NCBI RefSeq assembly: GCF_037042905.1
Contig: NC_087246.1
Location: 682,001 to 746,000, forward strand
Direction: 5' to 3'
Length of the DNA stretch: 64,000 nucleotides
Source of the DNA: Lytechinus pictus
Taxonomy: Eukaryota
Part shown: piece after piece, positions 25,763 to 37,278 of the stretch
How positions within the stretch are numbered: position 1 is the stretch's first letter
How the letters are laid out: every line of letters begins with the position of its first letter
Notes under the pieces: generated by a model
Database searches by the model: none
Told to the model about the DNA's origin: nothing
The model's input: only the letters and a program-made list of their open reading frames with translations
Position numbers and translations under genes: made by a program

Positions 25763-26011
25763 GTTTATGAAGTCTCTATGATACGTGTAAAATCATTCCC
25801 TATTGCCATGATAATCACATTTGATATGATATTTGTTACTTTGAATAAATATTTTGGAGGAGATCCTATTCAGAAAAGTTGAGTTGGGGATAGCTTTGTT
25901 GGTTGCTTCATCATCATAAACTTTCCTCAAAGCTACTTGCCTGTCATATACATGTATTTCCAAATCTTGAGAGGGTTAGATTAATAGGGCATTATCTTAG
26001 TAATGATATTA

Positions 26012-26846
26012 TTAGCTCATCCGGCCCGAAAGGCCAGATGAGCTTATGCCGTGGCGTGGCGTCCGTTGTCCATCCACAATTTCAAAATGCTTTTTTTTTC
26101 GCCATTTCAATTTCAATTCTGTTTGCTTTATATGATAGCACTAGGTGGGGGATTCAAAAATTCTACACAGAATTTTGAAACTCATTAAATATGCTAATTT
26201 ATGCACATTTTTCAAAATTCACAAAAAATGCTTCTTTATTTGTTGACCGATGTTGAATTTTTTTTACTAGAACAATTTTTATGCTAATTTATGCGAAATT
26301 AATTTATGCATATTTTTAAAAATTCACATAAAATGCTTCTTGTTTATTTGTTGACTGATTTTGATTTTTTTTGTCAATGAACTTAGATTATGTTGAGAGA
26401 ATCAAAACGAAATCTTAACCAAAGTTTTTAAATGTCATAACTCTGAAAATATATGGATCTAGTTCATGAAACTTGGACATAAGAGTAATCAAGCATCAGT
26501 GATCATCCTGCGTGAGTTTTAGGTCACATGACCAAGGTCAATGAACTTTGGCCGTGTTGGGATATTTGTTTAATCGCCATCATACAGTTGTAACCTTGAA
26601 AGTTAATGGATCTCGTTCATGAAATGTGGACTTTGTGGACTTTCGGGTAATCAAGTATCACTGATTGTCTTGCACAAGTCTTCAGTCACATGATCAAGGT
26701 CAAATGTCATTTAGGGTCAATGAACAGAGTATTTCATCATCATATGGTGTTTTAAAACAATGATTATTCTATAGTTGTTTTGAAAGTCATTGCTGCTATA
26801 TTGAATCGCGTAGTGAGGCGAGACTGTCAGAGGCGCTCAACTTGTT
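26012..26846 (-). mobile_element. Helentron-associated (HINE/DINE-like) element, apparently chimeric
   Basis: Left hairpin gctcatccggcc-cgaa-aggccagatgagc; right part matches the family at 30098/62008 (ggtcacatgaccaaggtca units, gctgctatattgaatcgcg...cttgtt end). Confidence 0.6.
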
Positions 26847-26890
26847 ATTTAGAGTGAATATATATTTGATAGTTTCAGGAGAGTAGTAAC

Positions 26891-27450
26891 CTGGGGCAGT
26901 ATTCTGAGGTCATTTTATTTTTAAAATATTTCATTTTATTTCTTAAAATGAAATTGGTATTCTGAGATGATATTTTATCTCTCAGATAAAACTTTAAATG
27001 TTATCTTGCGTATCTATGATGATACTCATCAGAGCAGTGGCTGCGTAGACATACCCATCGCGTATCTGGCCATTGCAACGTGGGTGATGTGCTTGCGCCC
27101 AAGTTACTTTGAAGAAAAAATAAACTTAAAAGTGGGTTGGCGCTATATTATCTCCACGACGTTGATTTCATCAATATTTCTAGGTGAATTAACTCCAAAT
27201 GGTGACATGAAAATGAAGAAAAATTATGTTTATTGATAACAACATCTTAACGTTATTCCTGTACAATCAGAAAGTATTTTATAAGACTTTTCTTGACTAA
27301 TATTGTCTTTGAAATGATAAAATGAAGATAAATTGTTCTCAGAATACCAATTCGGAAAGATTTTAAGGGTATTTTATCTCACTGATTTTAACGGAGATAA
27401 AATATTTTATTTTATCTGAGATAAAATGAATCTCGGAATACCACCCCTGG
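26891..27450. mobile_element. CWG-flanked MITE
   Basis: ctg|gggcagtattctgag ... ctcggaataccaccc|ctg; internal inverted ttttatctc/gagataaaa motifs. Confidence 0.7.
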
Positions 27451-28042
27451 ATATTTGATTGATTTTATAGTCTTATACTTGATTTTGTTGGTTATGATGA
27501 TTGCATGTTTTTGGATATACATGTTGACATAGTAGGCTGCTGCATAGTTAATATAGTCACCCAACTATGTTAACACACATGATCAAAAGACTGTGTTAAT
27601 CTTCTCATCCACACAATCTAAAACTCTTTCATTCATTATATTCTGGTAGTGGAGAAAGTTTTAAAACATGAATAATTTGTTTGAAATCATGAAAATGATT
27701 ACAAAGTAGATGAAAATATGAGATTGATAACTTATTTACTAGTTTCAGTGTCTCTTGAATCTTTATAATACGCTCATGTTATCTGTTAAAAAAACAACAA
27801 CTCCCATTTAGAGGTATAATTTACATGTAAGCAAGTAATGTGTTTGTATTGGTGTATGTACAGTACAATTTTATTTTTGTAACTCTTTAGTTCATATACA
27901 TATTCAATTGTTATGATTTTTTTAAAGTCAACATTTGGATTTTATAAAGGCAAAGAATGAATCTTATTGAGAATAAGATGTGTAGAAAGAGCATGATCAT
28001 TGATGGGTTTATCTGTTTGATGCTAGGTTTATCATGGTAGTT

Positions 28043-28462
28043 AATAGCGCGTTTTCGCCCAGCGTCGTACGACGCTATCTACGACGTAGAACGATCTCTT
28101 GGTTCGTGCGTCCGTCGCGCTCAACTCTCGCTTGTAAGCAGTTTCGCAAATCGCTGAACGCGGCCGGATCGACCGGAAGTACGTAGACTGCATGACGTCA
28201 CCACTACTAGGGAAAATCCCGCGCCCGCGCTCTATGAACTGGCTACATCGGCTCAGCTTGCTCGCTCTACAAGCGATCTGATTGGCTGTTGACGGCTGTT
28301 GACAAATCCTACGTTCTAATGCGGACGCCCGCTAATTTGCGGAAGAACCGTCCGTGATTTGAGCTCAAGAACGCTCGGGCCTCTGTTTCCATGGAAGTTG
28401 GCGATTTTTGCACACGACCCTTACGTTCTACGTCGTACGACGCTGGGCGAAAACGCGCTATT
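28043..28462. mobile_element. CpG-rich MITE with ~32-bp perfect TIRs (ISL2EU/Harbinger-like, tentative)
   Basis: aatagcgcgttttcgcccagcgtcgtacgacg / cgtcgtacgacgctgggcgaaaacgcgctatt; gtt on both flanks. Confidence 0.85.
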
Positions 28463-29661
28463 GTTTCTGCTGAGAGAATTATGTTTTATTTTGAAAATGA
28501 GCAATTTCTGTGTAATTGACGAGATGTATATATTTTAGCTCCACTATAGTACATGCTTATACCGATTTAAAAAAAAAACATGCAATGAAGGGGGAACTGA
28601 GCGCTTTAAAACCATAATCAGTGTTTGTGTCATATACATTTTATGTACATGTTTGGTGATCTCAGAGTAAAATGTCTAAAGTTTTAAAGTGTATTTTAGG
28701 AAAGTTTTATTTTATATTGCAGAAATATTGATTTTTATATCATAAATTCATGGTCATTGTGGTTGTAATGTTACAATTGAAAGGGAAATGATTTATATAA
28801 ACTTATTGATATGAATAATTAATATCTGCTTCATATTGCATTTATATTTTGGTGTTAATGATTTTGAAGACTGAGTCGGTGAGGGTGTGTCTGTGGGGGT
28901 CTTTGGAATCCTTGATTTTGATTGGCTGTTCTCCATTGTTACCATAGTTGTTGGTTACCATTGGAAGGCAAAGATACCATAAAAGTAACTTCTCGTAACT
29001 GGGGCGTGGCTTGGCTGATAATTTATGTGGTGCACAATTTTGGACAATTTCCGATCGTGTGAGCCATTCGTGGGAGTCCCCAACCTTACTCTTACAACTA
29101 CACTCCAAAAGAGATTGATAGGCATACATACACACACACACACACACATATAACCTTCAAATGTTTTACAAAAATGTCCGTGGAGAGTAACAACTTTGTG
29201 AATATTAGAGTCTAATGAACTTTCAAAGTTTGTAAAGTTGAGCTGTCCCATAAGCAATTAAACATAAATTCCTCAACTCCCCATTGTCTAATGGTTCATA
29301 ACTGAAATGATTTATTTATATGATATATTGAATGGAAAAACTATTTGATGATCAACCTCTCAAATAGCCTTCCTCCACTGTATCTCTCTTTTATTTTCTT
29401 TCTTTTGTCTCTTCTCATCACCTTATCTTTCACACACTATAATTCCCTGTCCCCTCCCTCTCTTTCTCTCATGTGTCTCAGTAAGATATGGTGAGACAAT
29501 TACAAACTCAGCGACTTTTTATCAAGTTTTCACACACGGTGAAACAAAACAACCGAGCAATGATAACAGATGTGCAGATGCACTTTTCTTTAGATATTAG
29601 AACATTGTAACATTAATGGTTCATTTTATGATGTAATGAATCATGCAAAATACATCATGGG

Positions 29662-29831
29662 CAAGGGCAGATCCAGCATTTTTCAAAAGGGGGGGGGGGG
29701 CACATTTTCAACTAATATTGAAGGTCATTTCGTCCATGGAAAATTTGACCATCAAAAAAAAAGGAAAAAAGGTCCTTGTTTTAAAAAGGGGGGGGGGGGG
29801 CACGGGCTGGCTGTGCCCCCCCCCCCCCCCG
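29662..29831. mobile_element. hAT-like MITE with 8-bp TSD
   Basis: TSD ATCATGGG at 29654-29661 and 29832-29839; same family as 35328-35526; right TIR eroded. Confidence 0.7.
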
Positions 29832-30097
29832 ATCATGGGCAATATATCAACTTGGTCTATGTAATTCTGGACAAAATGACTCGAGAATTGGAGTGATATA
29901 ATATAAGGGAGCTTAAAATATCCCATTGACTTGTACCAACGATGCTACATGGGGAAGACTGAACACTCAATAGAGTGGAATGAAACGTTGAAAAAGAGAG
30001 CCCCAACAGTATTTGGTAGGTATAAATTCATAGTTCATCATTTGAGTTGTGTATACAGATATGGATGATGAACATTTTCTTTTTGTCAAAATATCCT

Positions 30098-31994
30098 AAC
30101 AAGTGGAATGCATCTGGCGGTCTCACCTGCATCACGCGATTCAATATAGCAGCAGTGCTGTCTTTGAAAAACTACTATAAAATAATTATTCACAAAAACA
30201 CCATTCATATAATGAAACAATACTACGTTCATTGATATTCGATATTTATCATGTGATCTAAAACTTGTCAGTGATACTTGATTACCCCTATATCCACATT
30301 TTATACACTATATCTATAAACTTTGAAAGTTATGACAGCAATCTACTAATTACCTCTAAAATGGCCAAAGTTCAAAGACCTTAAATGACCTTTGACTTTG
30401 GTCATGTGACCTGAAACTCGCATGAGATGTTCAGTGATACTTGACGACTCTTATGTCCAAGTTTTATGAACTAGACCAATATACTTAGAGTTATGACGGT
30501 ACTTCAACAAATACCCCCAACATGGCCAATGTCCATTGACCTTTGACCTTGGTCATGTGACCTGAAACTCGCAAAGGATGTTCAGTGATACTTGATTACT
30601 CTTATGTCCAAGTTTCATGAGTCAGATCCATAAACTTTCAAAGTTATGATGGTAATTCAACAGATACCCCCATTATGGCCAAAGTTCATTGACCTTTGAC
30701 CTTGATCATGTGACCTGAAATGCGCACAAGATGTTTAGTGATACTTGATTACTCTTATATGTCCAAGTTTTATGAACTAGACCAATATACTTTCAAAGTT
30801 ATGATGGTAATTCAACAAATACCCCCAATTTGGCCAAAGTTCATTGACCCTAAATGACCTTTGACCTTAATCATGTGACCTGAAACTTGCACAGGATGTT
30901 CAGTGATACTTGATTACTATTATGTCCAAGTTTCATGAATCAGATCCATAAACTTTCAAAGTTATGATGGTAATTCAACAGATACCCCCAATTTGGCCAA
31001 AGTTCATTTACCCTAAATGACCTTTGACCTTGGTCATGTGACGTGAAACTCATGCAGGATGTTCAGTAATACTTGATTAACCTTATGATTAAGTTTCAGG
31101 AACTAGGTCCATATATTTTCTAAGTTATGATGACATTTCAAAAACTTAACCTTAGGTTAAGATTTTGATGTTGATTCCCCCAACATGGTCTAAGTTCATT
31201 GACCCTAAATGACCCTTGACCTTGGTCATGTGACATGAAACTCAGGGAGGATGTTTAGTAATACTTGATTAACCTTATGGCCAAGTTTCATGAACTAGGT
31301 CCATATACTTTCTAAGTTATGCTGTCATTTTCAAAAACTTAACCTTTGGTTAAGATTTGGTGTTGATGCCGCCGCCACCGTCGGAAAAGCGGCGCCTATA
31401 GTCTCTCTGCCCGGGGGGGCCACTTCCATTGACGAGTGGATACCATGCGCGACCATGGGGTCTCGAAAAGCACCCTAAACACGTAATTTCCATATTCTGA
31501 AAATGCACCCCTTAACAAGTATTGGCGTGTGAAATCCTACCCTTAACAAGTATTGGAAACAAAACGATACTCTTGGCAAGTATTCCCTGAAATGAACCCC
31601 TAAACAAGTATATTTTATTGTTATGTCACGGGCCCTTCGGTCGTCGGTTTTACCTTTATACACATCATTTGGTTAAGTACGACCCTACCTTCTACACCTC
31701 GCGCAAATCGGACTCTAAACACGTAGTGTTGGGGCAAAAAGGACATCCTTTATAAAACATTTTAATTTTGTTTTATCATCCACGCAAATTTGACCCTAAA
31801 CACGTAACTTTCCTAGCGAAATAGATACCCTTTTTTCATTATTTTTGTGTTTTTGACACCCTTATCACGTTACGTACGTAACGTGCCTTATCGTGAAAAA
31901 GACATCCTTTTTACGTGTTTTTTTGGTCGCGCATGGTATCCACTCGTCAATGTAAGTGGCCCCCCCGGGTCTCTCTGCTATGCAGGTGAGACAA
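30098..31994 (+). mobile_element. Helentron-associated (HINE/DINE-like) element with about six internal ~150-190-bp satellite units
   Basis: Subterminal IR gtctcacctgcat (about 30120) / atgcaggtgagac (about 31980); tgacctttgaccttggtcatgtgacctgaaac units at about 30400, 30551, 30704, 30869, 31032, 31224; inverted copy at 62008-62880. Confidence 0.8.
31410..31969. mobile_element. MITE with CCCGGGGGGG termini and 8-bp TSD nested in the HINE terminal hairpin
   Basis: ~45-bp TIR cccgggggggccactt.cattgacgagtggataccatgcgcgacca; TSD TCTCTCTG at 31402-31409 and 31970-31977. Confidence 0.9.
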
Positions 31995-32956
31995 CAATAT
32001 TAAAAAGCAAATATGACTTAGAGATTTCTGGGAAGGAAAGGTAAAACGATCTTCATGTGGTACCCCTCCAACAAACCATCAATCATTTTACCCATATGTT
32101 TAATACACAACACATACTGATATCCAAAAGTACATTGACTGTCTGACACAATGCTGTTGGGTGCCCTTCCCCATATATGAAAATGAGCCTTTAAAAAGCG
32201 GTGTCTTCGCTTTTACAAAGAAACATTGCTGAGCTTTCCTGTTTATCTTTGTCATGTCTATTCAGAATGAGCCAATGCACACATGTAAATCCTCAGTGAA
32301 TTTACTTTTAATACAGAATGCTTACATATCCATTTCATCTCTATCTCATATGAAGTAGGGGGCCATTGGTGGCCTGAAAAATTCTGGGGAAAATTTAGGA
32401 AAAGATCATCTTGTTGGACAGAAAATTTGCTGCTAGAAAAAAATATCACAAGCAAAAAACAAATGTCATCGGGAGTGAAGGCACCACTCCTCTTCAAATT
32501 CACCTGGTACTAACCATGTATCACATCACCATTCATTGAGTATTATATGATATATCTTGATGAAAATAAGAATTGGAAAAAACTGCTTTTCAAATCTTCA
32601 AGCATAATTCATTTTATTAATAAAAGAAATATCTTTACACATTTTCATTCCATCCTCTTAGATACACATCGCACACACTAATAACTCTCAATATTCTCAA
32701 CTTGAGAAAGCTGGGTACATTCATTAGAACATATATCACTAAACATAAACATTTTTATACACCAAAAAAAAAAGGTTTTCCAAAAACTTTTCATGCACGC
32801 AAGATGTCTTCTTGATATCTGCAAGGCTAGGTGTACATAATTGTATTAACAAGGAGAAAATAATCCCTTTTTCAACTGTCAACAAAAAAAGGGTATGAGG
32901 AATAAACAATAGAGAAATCATCATGCTGCCTGTAAAATTAGATTAATCTTATATCA

Positions 32957-33510
32957 TTTGTACTAGCAAAACCGGCACCAGACTGATTGTTATTTCAATG
33001 ATATACCATCAGTTGTACTAGCAAAACCGACACCAGACTGATTGTTATTTCAATGATATACCATCAGTTGTACTAGCAAAACCGACACCAGACTGATTGT
33101 TATTTCAATGATATACCATCATTTGTACTAGCAAAACCGACACCAGACTGATTGTTATTTCAATGATATACCATCAGTTGTACTAGCAAAACCGACACCA
33201 GACTGATTGTTATTTCAATGATATACCATCAGTTGTACTAGCAAAACCGACACCAGACTGATTGTTATTTCAATGATATACCATCAGTTGTACTAGCAAA
33301 ACCAACACCAGACTGATTGTTATTTCAATGATATACCATCAGTTGTACTAGCAAAACCGACACCAGACTGATTGTTATTTCAATGATATACCATCATTTG
33401 TACTAGCAAAACCGACACCAGCCTGATTGTTATTTCAATGATATACCATCATTTGTACTAGCAAACCCGACACCAGACTGATTGTTATTTCAATGATATA
33501 CCATCAGTTG
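32957..33510. repeat. 55-bp minisatellite, 10 near-identical copies
   Basis: Unit tgtactagcaaaaccgacaccagactgattgttatttcaatgatataccatcagt; tactagc recurs at 32961, 33016, 33071 ... 33456. Confidence 0.97.
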
Positions 33511-35327
33511 GTTAAAAGTAAGTTTTGTTGGTGAACTTGGTGCGACTGTGACATCAATGATATAAACAAAATGATTCTAAAATTCTATTTATATCATGAT
33601 CTAATGTTCTCCTCCCCTTTCTCAAAGAATAATGAATGGAAAGAAGTACATGTTATGTGATTAGGGTGATGATGTAAAGGAATAAGGATGACATAAGAAG
33701 GGAAAATTAACATACGTGAAACCTTTTTAAAAATATATTGTTCGGGGGTTAGTAGGACAAGAATAAATCAAAAGGTAAAGAAGGGAAAGTAATTACTGTA
33801 ACAATAACATGAAAAGAACCAAGATACTCTGTATCACCGAAATGGGAAGAGGTACTTTCAAAAGCTGATTTTTGTATGCTTCTTCTCCTGTGTCATAAAC
33901 TTAATAACAAAGAGCGTAAAGATATCATACTTCAGTCGTTAAAAAAAACTGACTCCATTCCAATCCATAGAAATATTAATCATTTGCTTTAAAAAAATAC
34001 AAGACCAAATACATACATTGTATTGTCATTGGTTGTATCACCATGAACACTCAAATATCTATGTACAGTCTTACTAGTAAGATCATCAAGAACTTTATAT
34101 TTCAGCAATCATTTTTGTTATATGATCAGCCAAGCTAGAGTCAATTCCCCGTAAGTCAAATGACTGGAGTCTATGGATGACATTAATTTTCAGAATCAAT
34201 GATTTTGCTTTTTTTTACTTTCTCATGCTTGTCTTCTAATACTCAATCCAAGAAAATCAGCAAATATGTCGGACTCTATTTTCTTACAAATAATTGACAA
34301 ATTTATAAAAAATATTTGTAACAATGTGAATGTGTATGCATGCTTGTTACTAGTTCCTACACATCTTCAATATACAATGTTCAATCAATACAAATATTAA
34401 CTACAATGGACAGATCACAATTCAGACTTTGGACTTGTGACATTCATTGAACAGATTCACCTGTGATGAAGAATGATAGTTATCAAGTTTTGCTAGAAAC
34501 ATAAAAATTGAATTGCATTTGTACATGAAATCATGTTAATTGATTTTGGGATTGACAATTTTGCATATCCTCAGAAATGCATATATGTATCAGGTTGCTA
34601 TTGGGAAATGTTGAGGAAGGAAGACCCCCCTTGTGATGTGTAGGGTTATGATTGATTGTTAAGGTTAAGATTTGATGTGATTTTGTCTTGGGACAACAGT
34701 GAAACAAAACCTTCAACAAGACATGACAAACATGTGAATGACCAAGAAGGTAACATCTTCTCCCTTCTTATATAACAACTTTATACAATGTATCAGCATC
34801 TTAAAATGATGCTACCAACCAGGTTAAAGGAACTACCAAGAAATTTATAGTTAGGTGCCCTCTACAGAAGATAAAAAATAGTATACTGCATACATACATC
34901 ATAATGTCTATAGATCATGAAAAGAATTCAGCAAGAGACTTCTTTACAATAAAATGCAGCAAGGTAAATCTCATTATCCTGCCAGTACATATTTATTTCA
35001 TCTTAAGTTTTACAATTACAAGTTATTTCCTTTGACCAGAGAATGTCTCATGTAACATTAAGTATCAAAATGACAAATATTGAAAACACATCAACAAAAC
35101 AATAGCAAAAAGGGAAGAGTCCTAAGAACGGGCTTTTTATAATTTCTTGGTGTTCCTTTAAACCTGTTTTTTCAAATATATGTGCATGGAGCCAGAGATA
35201 TAAACCAACTTCTGATAGTGACTAATATTTCTAGATTGTCTTTCTTGTTCATCTCCTTTCTCTACTCTCCCGTCTCATTTGTTGATATAATCTTCACTCA
35301 CCCTATTATGTTAATGTACGGTATACA

Positions 35328-35526
35328 CAGGGGTGGATCTAGGATTTTCCAAAGGGGAAGGGCACATTTTGCCGATGAAAATTTGATAAGCAAAAAAAAT
35401 AAAAAAATGGTCCTCGCTTTCAAAAGGGGGGCACACTGTGTTAGAACAGCATATTCACATTACAAATTTTAATTGTGCCTCATGGGCCGGCTGTGCCCCC
35501 CCCCCCCCTCCCTGGATCCGCCAGTG
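35328..35526. mobile_element. hAT-like MITE with perfect 8-bp TSD
   Basis: TIR caggggtggatctagg / cctggatccgccagtg; TSD GGTATACA at 35320-35327 and 35527-35534. Confidence 0.88.
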
Positions 35527-37278
35527 GGTATACATACCTTTGAATTATTCAATCATTAATGTGCTTGCTATGTTATCTACACTAGCCTGGTGTACTTCTA
35601 AATAAATATAAAAATAAATGACTATGAATTGTTAAGCACATGAAACTACACCAAAGGAAGATAGAACGACTTCATGCAAGGGTGAAATTATTACAGGTGA
35701 TTACAGGAAAGAAGGAAGCAGAGAAAGGCTAAATTAATGATGGAGAGTAAATGATCTAGTGTTTCAGTCAACAAAATTTCTACTTTAGAAATAAGGCTCA
35801 AAGGAATAAAAGAATGAAAACATGGATCTTTCAATTTATTCTCTTTGGAAACAAAGAAATTTCAATGAAATAAATTTTTATCACAATGAAGGAAAGGTCC
35901 ACCTTGATATCAAATAGTTTCTTTTTAGAGAGATGCTGAAAATAACTGTAAGAGGTATGCAACATTGAGCATGTTCAAATTTGATGTTAAAAAGACAAAA
36001 ATTTAAACTTGCCACCAAACAAAAATATAGATTGCATTCTGCAAATTAAGTTGTTGAGTCCTTTAACTTGTGTAGACAACAAATGTTGATAAAATGCTTG
36101 CTAGACGTCAGAATTCAGACTTACTCCTCCTATAAAGAGCTTTGAATTGATGGGCAAGGCAATGATTGAAAAAGTATACCATAATTTTGTTGGATCTATT
36201 ATTAAGTAATACATATTTCTCCTTCTCTTGCAGAGATATATAAGAAACCATCATTCATTACCATTTATGTTACTTGAAATGAACACTGCAGCTTTCCAAA
36301 ATATCTTCTCTATTCTTAACAAACTAAGTTGTGCATGAAAATAGTTCAGGGGACCCAGGAGTGGTTCATTTTCTTCTTTTTTTTTGTTTACAATTTTTTT
36401 TTATAGAAAACATGTTCCCACCTTGTAAATACTGGATCTATCACTGCAAACATATGGTAAGAATCAGATATTAATTCTGTAAATGCTGTTAGAATATAAT
36501 GCTTAATATTGGAAAACATTTTTTTAATTGCATTGAGATCAAATAAAGCAGATAACTTATCATTAAGAAAAACATCTGAACTCCTCACATAGTATTGTTT
36601 CATTGTATAGTATTTTGCATGAAAAGTATCAATATAAGGAGTTTGAATGGAAAAAAATTGTACAAGTGAAGGACAAAGATCCTCTTCAAATTTCGCTCAC
36701 AAAAAAATTATATATGTGATACATGCAAAATAATAAAACAGAAAAGGAAACTACAAGTAATAAGAAATAAGGATAAAACCATGCAAATAATACTATGAAG
36801 AACTATGGCTAGCCTTGACTTGATGATTGATACACCTAACTTTGTTTGCAGCACTTTGTATAATTCATGATTCAAACCTCACTTTGGGAGTTTTTATTTC
36901 TCTACATGTAGTTAACATCTGAAGTCCCCCCCCCCCCCCAGAAAAATGGTCTTTTGACATAGCAACCCACGTTTGCTGATGATCCATTAAATCACATCCT
37001 CACCCATGGTTATTCAGTCAGGTTTGTTACAATGACTTCAAGAGTCAAACTCTGATCGCATGCAAACAATCCTGACAAGCTTTGAAAATACAATGTCGAC
37101 AAGAGGCATTAATGATATAATAGATCAGCAAATCAGTGGGCCAACTGAACAGACCATTGCTTTCTTAAATCTCTCCCATAGATGCTTTATATGACGTCAC
37201 TCATCCTACTCATTCCCGTTACAATGATTTGCGTCGGTCGTGGTAGCTTTCCAATCTCCAGCCCCATGCGGCTGATTG

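Noticed and set aside
32957..33510. CRISPR-like array
   Set aside because: Units are contiguous and near-identical with no unique spacers; eukaryotic context, no cas genes
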